NCBI GenBank assembly: GCA_964558905.1
Contig: CAZLGP010000143.1
Span: forward strand, 47,070 to 111,069
Direction: 5' to 3'
Source: an uncultured Thermoanaerobaculia bacterium
GTDB taxonomy: Bacteria > Acidobacteriota > Thermoanaerobaculia > Gp7-AA8
Length of the DNA stretch: 64,000 nt
Notes under the pieces: model-generated
Database searches by the model: none
What the model was told of the DNA's origin: nothing
The model's input: the letters and a program-made list of their open reading frames with translations, nothing else
Program-made: the position numbers and the translations under genes
Part shown: positions 8,850 through 18,890 of the stretch, one piece after another
How positions within the stretch are numbered: position 1 is the first letter of the stretch
How the letters are laid out: every line of letters starts with the position of its first letter

Positions 8850-11225
8850 TCATGCGTTTCTCAGTTCGAAAAAGAGGCTGCCCGGGTCGTTGCGATAGAG
8901 ATCGCCGAACCGCACGACCGATTCATTCAGGGGGATCTGTTCCCATTCGCCGTCGCTCCGTCGTCGCCAGACGACCGAGCCGCCGGCCGGTGTAATGCGC
9001 ACCTGCCTGCGGTCGGCGCGCAATCGTGCGATGGCATTGCGCGGCCGGCCCGAGAGCCGGAAGTCGCCGCAGATGAAGATCCGCGCGTCGCGATAGAACC
9101 CGCTCGACGACCCGCGTTGTCCTCGAATGGGATGGAAGAAGCCCTCAGCGATGTCTTCCTCCGGCGAGAGGACGACGCCGAGCCGCGGCGAGAATCGCGA
9201 CGGCGACCAGAAGCCGTGGATCACGATCGCCGCGACGATCGTGCCGACTGCCGCCGCGAGTACCGGCCACCAGCAGTGCAGCCACGAGTCGGGGACGATC
9301 TCGGCGACGATGGGAATCGTCGTGCGAATAGGCTGGCCGTCCGGTCCGGTGGCAGCGATCACGATCTCGAACGAATGCGCCGCGGGATTTCCCTCCGGAC
9401 AGGCGCCGACGCGCAGCCGGACCGGCCATGTGCGCCGTCCGTTCTGCGAAAGCTTCAACGTGAGCGGCTGCCGGCCGAGCGCGGCCCATCCGTTGCCGGC
9501 ATCGAGCTCGAGGATCGAGCGCGTGCGGTCGAACTGGGTGCTGACGCTCAGTTCGAACTCTCCCCGCACCTCGGCGGAGGAAAGATCGAGCTGCCCCATG
9601 CCAGTGGAGTTGCTCGCGAGACTGCCGAACCGGATCGGCTCGGAGCGCTGGAAGCGCAGCCGCCCGAGCACGACGAGCGGCGCATTGACCGATGTCGCGG
9701 GGCCACCGCCGACGGGCTTGTAATCGAGATGAATCGTTCCGGTGTCCGGCGGCGTCCACCTGCGTGCGAAGACGCGATCGCCGGCCTGCCGGTCGCCTTG
9801 TTTCCCGTCGTCGCGAAGGTCGATCACCTCGCGGCCGGTTAGGACGTCGACGCGCTCGGGCGGGCGCAGTGTCTCGGCGGCCGCGCCGACGGGTTTGGCA
9901 GCGACCGCCAGGTCGATCGGACGCCCGACCTCCGCTCGTTGCGGCGTGTGGACCTCCAGGCGCCACGCCGCGTCGACGACGTTCGCGGTCAGACTGGTCC
10001 GGCGGTCGAGAAAGTTGCTTTGGAGATGGACGTTGAGCGTCTGCTCGCCCGAGCGGTCGAATGTTGTGGTCGCCGTGAGGATGCCGTCGCCGGCCTGCCG
10101 GTCGCCATTCGTTCCGTCGTCGCGAAACGCGACTTTGCGTCCGTCGATCTCGAGCTCGGCCTGCAGGCCGGGAATGGCGGCGGTGTCCTTGATCCGCGCG
10201 CCGGTCCGTTCGTCGAACAGCTCCACTTCGATGGGTGCGGCGGTGCCGCGCGGCACGGTCGGCGAGGAGACCAGGCGCAGGCCGACCGCCGAGTCCTGCA
10301 GCAGCATCCATCCCGCGCGGTCGCCGACGCCGACGCCGCGGAACCGCCAGCGCCCAGGCGAGGGCTTTTCCAGACGGACGATTCGATAGCCGCGCAGGAT
10401 TCCGTCAAGCCCGGTCGTGGCGCCGCCGCCCCGGTGGTTCACGTCGATCGCCGCCGCGCTCGGATTTCCTGGCACCGGGGCGATCGCGGTGATCGGCCCG
10501 TCGGCGGCTACGACGAGAAACGCCTCGCTGACATACGGCGCGACCTCGACCGAGACCTCACCCGAAACGCGTCCGGTCTGAACCTGCTTCGCGCCGAGGA
10601 AACGTTGATAGACGAGGGCCACGGCTTCGATCAGCCCCTGGGCGTCGAGAGCGGCGGTTGTGAAGTCGAACGCTGGATTCGCGTCGAATGCGCCGGCGCT
10701 GCCGCCGATGTTGATCGCCGCGACGATGGCGCCGCCGCGTTTGAGCGTGAGCATCTCGTCGGTGAGGACGCTCTCGCATCTTCCCAGGCCGCCGGAGTCC
10801 GCGATGATGAGGAGCATCCGCTGCGTGTCCGGATCCGGCGGCAGCAGCGAGATCGCCGTGCGGATCGGCGCCGCGAAGTACGTGCCGGTGTCGAACGTGA
10901 GCAGGCCGTCCAGCCGGCGCTTGAAGTTGCCACGGTCCCGTGGATCGAGACGCAGAACGAGCGAAGACGAAGCGCGCTGGGAGCAAGCGGAGGAGAACAA
11001 CGATTCCGGCGGCATGCGGATCACCGACAGCTCGTTGCCCGCGTCAACGAGATCGGAGAGGATCTGCGAGAGTTGCATCGTGTACCGCCGCGCGTCCGCC
11101 TGCTGCATCGATCCCGACGTATCGACGACGATCGCCAGGCGGCGATTCGTCGCACCGAGCGCGGATGCAGCCAGCGCGAAGGAGCTCAGCAGCGACAGCA
11201 GGGAAGCCCACGGGCGCCGCATCAC
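8850..11225 (-). CDS. Secreted/membrane vWA-domain protein with two DDG..GD..AGD repeats (choice-of-anchor-X-like), TM helix and cytoplasmic tail
   Basis: Signal peptide; MIDAS DTSGSM...T...D; DDGTNGDRQAGDG and DDGKQGDRQAGDR; TM WWPVLAAAVGTIVAAIVIHGFW; GTGATG start overlapping the upstream stop. Confidence 0.85.
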   Translation of the reverse strand: MMRRPWASLLSLLSSFALAASALGATNRRLAIVVDTSGSMQQADARRYTMQLSQILSDLVDAGNELSVIRMPPESLFSSACSQRASSSLVLRLDPRDRGNFKRRLDGLLTFDTGTYFAAPIRTAISLLPPDPDTQRMLLIIADSGGLGRCESVLTDEMLTLKRGGAIVAAINIGGSAGAFDANPAFDFTTAALDAQGLIEAVALVYQRFLGAKQVQTGRVSGEVSVEVAPYVSEAFLVVAADGPITAIAPVPGNPSAAAIDVNHRGGGATTGLDGILRGYRIVRLEKPSPGRWRFRGVGVGDRAGWMLLQDSAVGLRLVSSPTVPRGTAAPIEVELFDERTGARIKDTAAIPGLQAELEIDGRKVAFRDDGTNGDRQAGDGILTATTTFDRSGEQTLNVHLQSNFLDRRTSLTANVVDAAWRLEVHTPQRAEVGRPIDLAVAAKPVGAAAETLRPPERVDVLTGREVIDLRDDGKQGDRQAGDRVFARRWTPPDTGTIHLDYKPVGGGPATSVNAPLVVLGRLRFQRSEPIRFGSLASNSTGMGQLDLSSAEVRGEFELSVSTQFDRTRSILELDAGNGWAALGRQPLTLKLSQNGRRTWPVRLRVGACPEGNPAAHSFEIVIAATGPDGQPIRTTIPIVAEIVPDSWLHCWWPVLAAAVGTIVAAIVIHGFWSPSRFSPRLGVVLSPEEDIAEGFFHPIRGQRGSSSGFYRDARIFICGDFRLSGRPRNAIARLRADRRQVRITPAGGSVVWRRRSDGEWEQIPLNESVVRFGDLYRNDPGSLFFELRNA

Positions 11226-13480
11226 CGGTACTCCATGCGGAAGAGGAACGAGCCTCGATCGGTGATGAGGCGATAAACGTGGCGGACCGCCAGCGTGACC
11301 AATCCTCGGCGCACCGACGTCGGGTCGTCGTCACGCAGAGCCTCGACGCGTACGCCGCTGGCGGGACGGAACTGGAAGAGCTCCTTGTCCACCGGACGCA
11401 CACGTCCGAGGAGGACGTTCTCGCCAGGCGCGACGACGGAACGCTCGGCGACCCATCCGAGGAGGTTCGCCGTGGATGCCTCGTTTAACGTTCGCCCGGC
11501 AAGATCCGCCGACGATTCTTCGGCCGCGATCGAATAATGGAGATCTCCCGGAATCACCGGCCGGTCGCGCAGATACCAGAGCGGCGCCACGAGACCGAGC
11601 AGCAGCAGCGAGGGGATGAGCATGAAGCGCCAGCGCTCGTACAGCGTCGGCGGCGCCACCGGAATCTTCAGGCGGAACGGCTTGACGACTCCGAACTCGT
11701 CGTATGGATCGTCCATCAGAGTCGTAACGAGCGTCAGGCCAACCGGCCGTGCGGGATTTCCCTCGGACGGCTTCCCCATCTGCACGCAGAGCTTGTGCTG
11801 CGACAGCAATTCTTCCGGCGCGAGCTGGCGTCCTTTGAACCACGCCGAGGGTTGTGTGGCGGGGCTGCCTTCCACTTCGAGCGGAAGGCCGTCGAGCGTG
11901 AACGACGCCTGACGGAGCTCGCGTTGCAGCACGGCCGGATCGCTCACCGAGAGAACGGCGCGAACGGGATACAGCGGCCGCTCAGGATGCGGCAGCCGGC
12001 CGCCGTCGAGCTGAAATACGAACTGCGTGCAGGAATGATCCTGCCGTCCGAGCGCCGTGCTCGACACGGAGGCGGTGCTCGGCAGGGGAGCGATGGAGAC
12101 GGGCGGATGGACTTCGACGCGATGCGCGTACATGCCATCGAGCGAGCCGACGACGGCTTCGCCGCGGCGCACCTCGACTTCGAGGTAGCCGGCGTACATC
12201 GCGCCTGGCTTTTCCGGATCCTCCGGAAACTCGACGTCGACGTCGAAGATCCTTCCCTCCGGTGTCGGAGTGCCTGCGCCGACCGCGGCGTTGCGATCGC
12301 TTCGCCACGCGTAGGACGCGTTGCCGGTGCCGCTGGCGACACGCTCCCCGCACATGCGAAACGACAGGTCGACCGCTCCTGGGTCTCCCTGTGCTCCGCT
12401 GGCGGCGCGAACGCGAATCCGCAACGGAAACGGGTTGCCGGCCAGAGCGCGTTCCGTCTGCTGGAGCGGCGGCACGGGGAGGACGTCGACGGCGAGCCGC
12501 GTCGGCCGCAGCACCGCCACGGTGCCGGCGGCGGCATCAGACGCGAATCCGTAGCGGCCGGTATTCGGTTGGAGCACCCAGGTCAGCGAGTAGCTGCCGC
12601 CCGGGACGGCGGCGTTCAACACGCCGTCCGGGTTTTGCACGGTGCCGCCCGGTGGCGCCGACAACACGAGGCTCGGCGGCGTCTGCGCCCGCGGCGTGAG
12701 CACTGCCACGGAGACGCGCTCCGGCGTGGTCTGCGCTTCGAGATCGAGGTCCGCCGTTCCGGGGATGCGATGCGCGGTGTCGGGCGAGAAGCCGAAGCTG
12801 CGCGAGAAGATCTCCAGCATCTGCGCGAGGAGCTGCGTGCCGTTCGGATCCACCAGCGATGCGCCGAGAGACGTGCCCTGCGGCGACGTCAACATGCGCG
12901 TGAAGAAGTCCTGGTTCTTCGCCGCCTCGGCGCCGAAGGCGAGCACGTAGAGGCGGATCCCATGTTGCTCGATGCGCGGCGCGAGCTCGTCTCGAATGCG
13001 CTGCAACTCCGCTTCGCGTGTCGAACGCTCGGGAACGCCATCGGTGACCAGCACGATCGCGCGGATGTCGTGCACTCCGCCCTTCTTCTGCTCCAGATCG
13101 CCGAGGGCGGCGGCGATGCCGGGATAGAAGTAGGTCATGCGGGCCTGGTACGGGAGCGCCTGCACGGCCTGCACGAAATCGTTGCGGTGCCCCGTCTGCG
13201 CAGCGATCCGGCGCTGCCGGCTCACCGGCGGTGGCGCGGCCGGATCGAGCCATCGCCAGTCGAGATCGAACGGGATGACGTCGAACGTATCGCCGCGCGT
13301 CGTGTTCGGCGCAGCGAGGTCGTGCAGCAGGAGCGTCGACAGGATCGCCATCCGTCCGGGATCGTTGGCCTTCATCGACGCCGAGAGATCGAGCACGACC
13401 CGCACGTGGACCTGTCGTGCCCAGAGCGGCGCGGCGAGCATCGCGAACGCGAACGACAGCGCGATCAGCGCACGCTTCAT
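11222..13480 (-). CDS. Secreted/membrane vWA-domain protein with TM helix and cytoplasmic tail
   Basis: Signal peptide MKRALIALSFAFAMLAAPLWA; MIDAS DLSASM...MTYF...LVTDG; TM FMLIPSLLLLGLVAPLWY; ATGA overlap at 13477-13480. Confidence 0.85.
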   Translation of the reverse strand: MKRALIALSFAFAMLAAPLWARQVHVRVVLDLSASMKANDPGRMAILSTLLLHDLAAPNTTRGDTFDVIPFDLDWRWLDPAAPPPVSRQRRIAAQTGHRNDFVQAVQALPYQARMTYFYPGIAAALGDLEQKKGGVHDIRAIVLVTDGVPERSTREAELQRIRDELAPRIEQHGIRLYVLAFGAEAAKNQDFFTRMLTSPQGTSLGASLVDPNGTQLLAQMLEIFSRSFGFSPDTAHRIPGTADLDLEAQTTPERVSVAVLTPRAQTPPSLVLSAPPGGTVQNPDGVLNAAVPGGSYSLTWVLQPNTGRYGFASDAAAGTVAVLRPTRLAVDVLPVPPLQQTERALAGNPFPLRIRVRAASGAQGDPGAVDLSFRMCGERVASGTGNASYAWRSDRNAAVGAGTPTPEGRIFDVDVEFPEDPEKPGAMYAGYLEVEVRRGEAVVGSLDGMYAHRVEVHPPVSIAPLPSTASVSSTALGRQDHSCTQFVFQLDGGRLPHPERPLYPVRAVLSVSDPAVLQRELRQASFTLDGLPLEVEGSPATQPSAWFKGRQLAPEELLSQHKLCVQMGKPSEGNPARPVGLTLVTTLMDDPYDEFGVVKPFRLKIPVAPPTLYERWRFMLIPSLLLLGLVAPLWYLRDRPVIPGDLHYSIAAEESSADLAGRTLNEASTANLLGWVAERSVVAPGENVLLGRVRPVDKELFQFRPASGVRVEALRDDDPTSVRRGLVTLAVRHVYRLITDRGSFLFRMEYR

Positions 13481-15624
13481 GTGCGGCCCCTCGTGGCAAC
13501 GCGGAAATACGGACCGCGTTCGCCGATGCGGTACACGTCGCCCGCGTGCGCACGCCGTCCCTGCTCCGGCACGGTCTCCCAATCGCTGTCGAGCGTCTCC
13601 CGATACAGCGACATGCCGCCGCCGGGGTTTACGTGCGTGCCGGAGCGTTCGGCGCGCAGCGACGCGACCGCGCCCTGTGGACTGCCGGAGAGACGAAAGT
13701 CGGGATGGAGAAACGCCCGTGCGTCGCGGTAGAAGCCGATGCCCACGCCTTTCCACTGCCGGACGGGCTGCGCGGTCTGCTCTTCGAGCTCGTCGCGCTC
13801 GGGCACGTACACGACGGCCAGGCCGCCCTGGAAGCGCTGCGGCACGACGTAGCCGCCGATGATGAAGAGCAGCAGGAGGATGCCGAGGATCGTGAGGATC
13901 AGCCAACCCCAGCGCTCCCAGAACGACAGCCCGTGCACCTGCCATCGCAGACGAATCGGAACCGCGTGCTCCTTTCGGTCGCTGCCCGCAACGCGCAACT
14001 CGAGCCACGGTTCGCCGGATGCGGTGGACGACGGCGCGAGCCGCGTCGTCGAAAGACAGACTTCGAGACGATCGCCGGCGTTCGCGCTGACGGCAGCGCT
14101 GCCAGGCGTCAATTTGCCCGCGGGCAAACGAACCTCGAGCGCGTGGCCCGACGGAAGACTCCGGAGACGCCGCAATTCGAACGGAACTTCTCCCTGATGT
14201 TCAGCCGTGAAGGCGAGAGGCCGGCAGGCAACGGCTTCGACGCCGATCGTGCCGAGGTCGATGTCGAGCGGCGGGCCGGCGTAGCGGAAGCTTCCCGCGA
14301 CGTTGACGACGACGTCGACAGTGCGGTCGATGAAGGGGCTGCGCACGTGCAGGCGGACCGGCACTTTGCCGGAGCCGCGAAAGGTCACCGCGCCGGTGAA
14401 GCGGCCGTCGCCGGCGGCGGCATCAGAATTTGCTCCCTGATCCGACAAAGTGACGGTCTGTCCCTGCACCTCGGCCGTGAACGTTGCGTCGCGCAGCAGC
14501 TCAGGATCGGTGACGAGATGTCCTTTGCCGGCGCTGATCCCTCCGACCAATCGGACCGGAGTCCCAGCGAGCGCACGCTGCGGTTCGAGCAGCACCGGTG
14601 CGAGCGCCGAGCGCTGCACGACGGCGTAGGCGACGCCGGGGCCGCCTCCCGACGCGCGCACCGTCCAGCGTCCGGCGAGCGGCAGTTCGATGTGGGCGAC
14701 ACGGTAGGCGCCGGCGCCGACCCAGCGATCCGCTGCGTAGTCGGCGCGAACCGGCTGTTGCGGTCCGTCGATGGTGACGTCGCCCAGCGTGTCGTCGCCG
14801 TAGACGACGATCCACGCTTCCTCGACGTGCTGCTTCATCTCGAAGCCCGGCTGGACGGAGACGAGGTTGTCGATTTCGTACGGAGCCTGGACGATGCGCC
14901 GGAACGATCCGGCGAACGCCTTCATGATCTCCGCCGGCGTGGAGACGCGGCGCGGGGTGAGGCCGGCGGCGATTGCGAGGTCCGTGTCGCCGAGGCCGAA
15001 GACGATCGCCTCGACCGCCACGCCCTCGGCCGCGAGCTCGCCGATGGCGTGGCCCACGACGGGGGCACTCTCGGACCGGCCGTCGGAGAGCCAGATGACG
15101 GTGCGCGGAACGCCGGCGGCCCGGGAAGGGTCGTTGCGGTGCTCGTCGAAGATCCCCTGCGCCGCACGGAAGGCGAGGTGGAACATGCTGTTTGTCGAGC
15201 GTTGCTCGAGATGTCCCTCCAGCGACTGCTTGAAGGCCGCGTCGCCGCGCGCGGGACGGGCCAGTGAGCCGAGTTTCTTGCTCCGTGCATCGGCTTCCCA
15301 GTCCGTCGCCGCGTCCACCGTGTGGCATGTGCGCGAGGGATCCTCCGAGCACGGCACGAACGTGCCGGTGGGGCGGCTGGGGATCACGTCCTTGTCGTCG
15401 TCGAGGTCGAGCAGGCGGACGACGGCCAGATCGCCGGGCACGATGTCGGCGAGCAGCTTCGTGACGAGCAGCGACGCGCGCGTCGGGTCCATCCCGTCCT
15501 GGCGCATGCTCGTCGAGGTGTCGACGATGACCACCGCGTCGGCGGTGGTGGGACGCCGGTCTTGGGCGGAGATCGTCGCCGCGAGTCCGATCACTAGCAA
15601 AGCGCGCGCAGCCCTCAGGTTCAT
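13477..15624 (-). CDS. Secreted/membrane vWA-domain protein with anchor-X-like repeat, TM helix and cytoplasmic tail
   Basis: Signal peptide MNLRAARALLVIGLAATISA; MIDAS DTSTSM...WLSDG; DQGANSDAAAGDGRFTG; TM WGWLILTILGILLLLFIIGGY; GAGG before ATG 15624. Confidence 0.85.
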   Translation of the reverse strand: MNLRAARALLVIGLAATISAQDRRPTTADAVVIVDTSTSMRQDGMDPTRASLLVTKLLADIVPGDLAVVRLLDLDDDKDVIPSRPTGTFVPCSEDPSRTCHTVDAATDWEADARSKKLGSLARPARGDAAFKQSLEGHLEQRSTNSMFHLAFRAAQGIFDEHRNDPSRAAGVPRTVIWLSDGRSESAPVVGHAIGELAAEGVAVEAIVFGLGDTDLAIAAGLTPRRVSTPAEIMKAFAGSFRRIVQAPYEIDNLVSVQPGFEMKQHVEEAWIVVYGDDTLGDVTIDGPQQPVRADYAADRWVGAGAYRVAHIELPLAGRWTVRASGGGPGVAYAVVQRSALAPVLLEPQRALAGTPVRLVGGISAGKGHLVTDPELLRDATFTAEVQGQTVTLSDQGANSDAAAGDGRFTGAVTFRGSGKVPVRLHVRSPFIDRTVDVVVNVAGSFRYAGPPLDIDLGTIGVEAVACRPLAFTAEHQGEVPFELRRLRSLPSGHALEVRLPAGKLTPGSAAVSANAGDRLEVCLSTTRLAPSSTASGEPWLELRVAGSDRKEHAVPIRLRWQVHGLSFWERWGWLILTILGILLLLFIIGGYVVPQRFQGGLAVVYVPERDELEEQTAQPVRQWKGVGIGFYRDARAFLHPDFRLSGSPQGAVASLRAERSGTHVNPGGGMSLYRETLDSDWETVPEQGRRAHAGDVYRIGERGPYFRVATRGRT

Positions 15625-15631
15625 GCTCACC

Positions 15632-17113
15632 TCACACGCGCTGCTGTTTCTCATCGGCGAGCGTCGCCCGGCGGAAGGCGAGGATGACGTTGAACGCGAC
15701 GACGAGTAGGAAGAACTGGAAGATGTGCCCGGCCGCGGACACGAATTGCACGAAGCTGCTGGACGGAGCGAGATCGCTCCCGGCGGCATTGGTGATCATG
15801 TAATAGAGGTAGTCGAGGAGCTGCAACTCGGGCGTCGCGCCGTGGCCGTTCTGCCGCTCGAGGGACTCGCGTTGGAGCTTCGTCAGGTGATCGGGGATGC
15901 GCGTGAACTGCACCTCTGTCGTGAGCGCCCGGGCCAGTCCCGCGGTGGTGAGGCGCCGCGCATCGGGCGACGACCCGGCGGAGAGATACATGTTGCCCGT
16001 CCCCGAAGGCATGATCTGCCATTCGACGTTCAGCGGCGGACGGCTCGGGTCTTCGTCGCGCAACTTCGCGAAGACCGTCTCGACGAGCGCCTGCACTTGT
16101 TCGGCCCGCGCGCGCGACATCTCGTAGTTCGAGGCGAAGCCGGAGTTGGGCCTGTTGTCGGTGGCATGGGAGACGACGGCGATGCGGTAGCGGTCGAAGG
16201 CCGAGCGCGCGTAGATCGCGACGAGGTCAGACTTCATCTTGTAGACCTCTCTCGCGTTCCACGCCGTCTCATTCAGTTCGGCGGTGCATTCATCCGGCAA
16301 GTCGGCGTGTCTCAGTTGGTCCACGCGCCAGCCGTTCTCCGTTCCGTCGTCGTAGAACTCGGGACCGAACTGGCGGCTGCTCACCGCCTCCGCGCACCGG
16401 AGACTGGTCGATCCGAGAGGAAACGCGAGCGTGCGAATCGAGCCTGCGACGGCCTGCCGCGCGGTCGCGGACGCCTCGGGCGTACCGGGAAGATCGTTGC
16501 GATGGACCTGCCGTTCGAAGCTGGTGCCGCCCATCGCCTGGTCGTGAAAGGCGACGGCGAGTGCGAGGAACAGCATGACGTGCAGGCACGCGACGAGGAG
16601 GCCGCAGATGCTGAGGAAGCGATGCTGCAGGAGTTGGTCGATGACGCCTTGGCGAAACGGCGTGAGCGGCACCGTCGGCGTCCCATCGTCTTCCGTGGGC
16701 GCGTTCATGATCCATGACGTGAGCCGGTAGACGAGGCCGACCAGCAGGCAGGCGGCGAGCAGCGACGCCACCGACAGGATGTGCCGCTTCTCCGGACGGA
16801 GAAAGCCGGAGAACATGTAGACCGTGACGAGGATGTTCTTGATGACGTCGAACGTCGATGTTCCCAGCGTCAGAAGCTCGGGCTGTTGTCGGATGGTGAG
16901 AAGCCGGATCGCTCCGAAAATGATGAGGATCGACGGCGCGCTGAGGAGGATTGTGGCGAAGACTGCGTCGAACCGCGGGTTCCGCACGCAGTACGTGAAT
17001 GGGCCGAACATCGTTGTGATGAACGCCGCAAAGAGCATCACCAGTGCGGCGCGGTTCAACGAGAACGTGCTTGGCGCCTTGGCTGCGGGAACGATCGGCT
17101 GCGCTTCGGACAT
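15632..17113 (-). CDS. Multi-pass membrane protein with OmpA/MotB-like peptidoglycan-binding domain and C-terminal K-channel-like pore module
   Basis: About 5 TM helices, then SHATD...SNYEMSRARAEQV, then LLDYLYYMITNAAGSDLAPSS plus a final TM helix; GAGG before ATG 17113. Confidence 0.7.
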   Translation of the reverse strand: MSEAQPIVPAAKAPSTFSLNRAALVMLFAAFITTMFGPFTYCVRNPRFDAVFATILLSAPSILIIFGAIRLLTIRQQPELLTLGTSTFDVIKNILVTVYMFSGFLRPEKRHILSVASLLAACLLVGLVYRLTSWIMNAPTEDDGTPTVPLTPFRQGVIDQLLQHRFLSICGLLVACLHVMLFLALAVAFHDQAMGGTSFERQVHRNDLPGTPEASATARQAVAGSIRTLAFPLGSTSLRCAEAVSSRQFGPEFYDDGTENGWRVDQLRHADLPDECTAELNETAWNAREVYKMKSDLVAIYARSAFDRYRIAVVSHATDNRPNSGFASNYEMSRARAEQVQALVETVFAKLRDEDPSRPPLNVEWQIMPSGTGNMYLSAGSSPDARRLTTAGLARALTTEVQFTRIPDHLTKLQRESLERQNGHGATPELQLLDYLYYMITNAAGSDLAPSSSFVQFVSAAGHIFQFFLLVVAFNVILAFRRATLADEKQQRV

Positions 17114-17168
17114 GAAGATTCCTCTCTCCGGCAAAGACACCTTTTTTCGGATGAAGTTGAGCCGGACG

Positions 17169-18857
17169 TCAGGCGCGCGATCGGCGCCGTTTCACTAGCG
17201 CGACGACGGCCGCCAGTGCGACCGCGGCGGCCAGCCATTCCAAAACGCTCTTGCGCGTGAACGTCACTTCCGCGGGAACGAAGCGGATGTTGTAGGCCGG
17301 CCGGAGTCGTGCGCGATCGGCGATGACCTGCAGTCGATACGAACCGCTGCGGCGCGCACCTCGCAGCGTTCCCCGGAGAGTGCCGGGACCGGCCGAGCGG
17401 AGATCGAGGGCGGCATCGGCCGCACGGCCATCCCGCCAGAGCAGCGCTCGGAACAGACTCTCCTGCGATCCCATCGCGATCGCCCGCAGGTCGGCGACGC
17501 GCGCCGCTGCGTCGAAGCAGGCCACGTCGGTCTTCACGGGCAACCACGCGATTGCGCCCGAGGCGTTCACGCGGCAGTCGACGCGCTGGGCGGGAGAGAC
17601 CGAGAAGCCGGACCAGCGGTCGTGGAACACGTCCAGCCGGCGGCCGCCGTCGTCGACGGTCATCAGCTTCACGTCGGTCCAGTAGCGGCCCGGAAGCACG
17701 CACTCAGGGTCGTGCGCGCTGCGGAAGACCGCCCGCCCGAGGTCGGCGGCGCGATGCATCGTCACGGACGTGCGCTCGCCGTTCGGCAGTGCAAGGGCAA
17801 CTTGCAGCGCCAGCTTGTAACCTGGGATCTCGCGTAGCGGTTGTCCGTCCGAATCCAGCACCTGGTAGGCGAGTCTCACGCGGTCGTACTGCCGCAGCGG
17901 CTCCATCGGCGCGGGCTGCACGAGCAGTCCGCGCGGGAAGAACTGCTCCGAGACGATGCGCACGCGTGCATCGCCGTGCGACTTCCGAATGATCCAGCGG
18001 CCCGGCCGTGGCCGCGGCACGACATACGTCGCGAGGACGTCGCCGACACCCACGGCCTCCACCGCGTCCTTCCCGCTGCGGATCGGCGTGCGGCTGGCCG
18101 GAGGAAAGATCTCCACCACCGCGCCGGGCGAGCCGCGAAAGACGTCAAAAACGATCGTCTCCAGATACGGCGGTACGACGAGGGAAGCCGACGCGCGCGC
18201 CTCCGGCTCGACGGTACGTGTACCGATCCGTTCCGTGATCGCGCGGTGCGACTGCGCGAGGAACTGCGCCGGGTCGCGCGCCATCATCGAAACCGTGGTC
18301 GCGAGATCGCGCCACGTCGCGCGCTGGCGGTCGTCGAGGAGGAGCACGTCGAGCGAGATCCCCTCGACCGCGAACTTCGACGCCGCGAAGCGTTGCATGC
18401 GTTGGCGGTATGCGCGCATGTCCACGCCGCGCACGAACACCACGCCGTCGGTGAGCAAAACAATGGAACGCCGTCGCGCCGGATCGCGCGGCAGCGCGTC
18501 AAAGAGCTGCTTCGCCGTCGCGAAAGCGGCGAGCACGTTCGTCTGACCGAGGTTCACGGCAGGGAGCGCGTTGATGCGATGGCGAAGCTCTGCGAGATCG
18601 CGGGTGCACGATGCGAAGCCCACGTCGACGTGCGGAGCCGATCCGAATCCCACCACGGCGATGCGGTGATCGACGCGATTCGCGGTCGCGTTCCGCGCCA
18701 CGAGCTCGAGGGTCATCGAGAGGAACAGCGGCGCGAGGTGCCGGTCGCGGATCATGCTCGACGAGCGGTCCACGAGAAGGACCAAGTCGAGCCCTGCCTC
18801 GGCCCGCGCCGCGAGGCTCGGGAGGATCAGAAAAGCTAGAACGATGGTGCGTCTCAC
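17169..18857 (-). CDS. Secreted vWA-domain protein with C-terminal TM anchor and basic tail
   Basis: Signal peptide; DRSSSM, GQTN, LLTDG; ends WLAAAVALAAVVALVKRRRSRA. Confidence 0.85.
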   Translation of the reverse strand: MRRTIVLAFLILPSLAARAEAGLDLVLLVDRSSSMIRDRHLAPLFLSMTLELVARNATANRVDHRIAVVGFGSAPHVDVGFASCTRDLAELRHRINALPAVNLGQTNVLAAFATAKQLFDALPRDPARRRSIVLLTDGVVFVRGVDMRAYRQRMQRFAASKFAVEGISLDVLLLDDRQRATWRDLATTVSMMARDPAQFLAQSHRAITERIGTRTVEPEARASASLVVPPYLETIVFDVFRGSPGAVVEIFPPASRTPIRSGKDAVEAVGVGDVLATYVVPRPRPGRWIIRKSHGDARVRIVSEQFFPRGLLVQPAPMEPLRQYDRVRLAYQVLDSDGQPLREIPGYKLALQVALALPNGERTSVTMHRAADLGRAVFRSAHDPECVLPGRYWTDVKLMTVDDGGRRLDVFHDRWSGFSVSPAQRVDCRVNASGAIAWLPVKTDVACFDAAARVADLRAIAMGSQESLFRALLWRDGRAADAALDLRSAGPGTLRGTLRGARRSGSYRLQVIADRARLRPAYNIRFVPAEVTFTRKSVLEWLAAAVALAAVVALVKRRRSRA

Positions 18858-18890
18858 GAGGGAGAAGACACCGGGCTGTACGGTTTGTCG

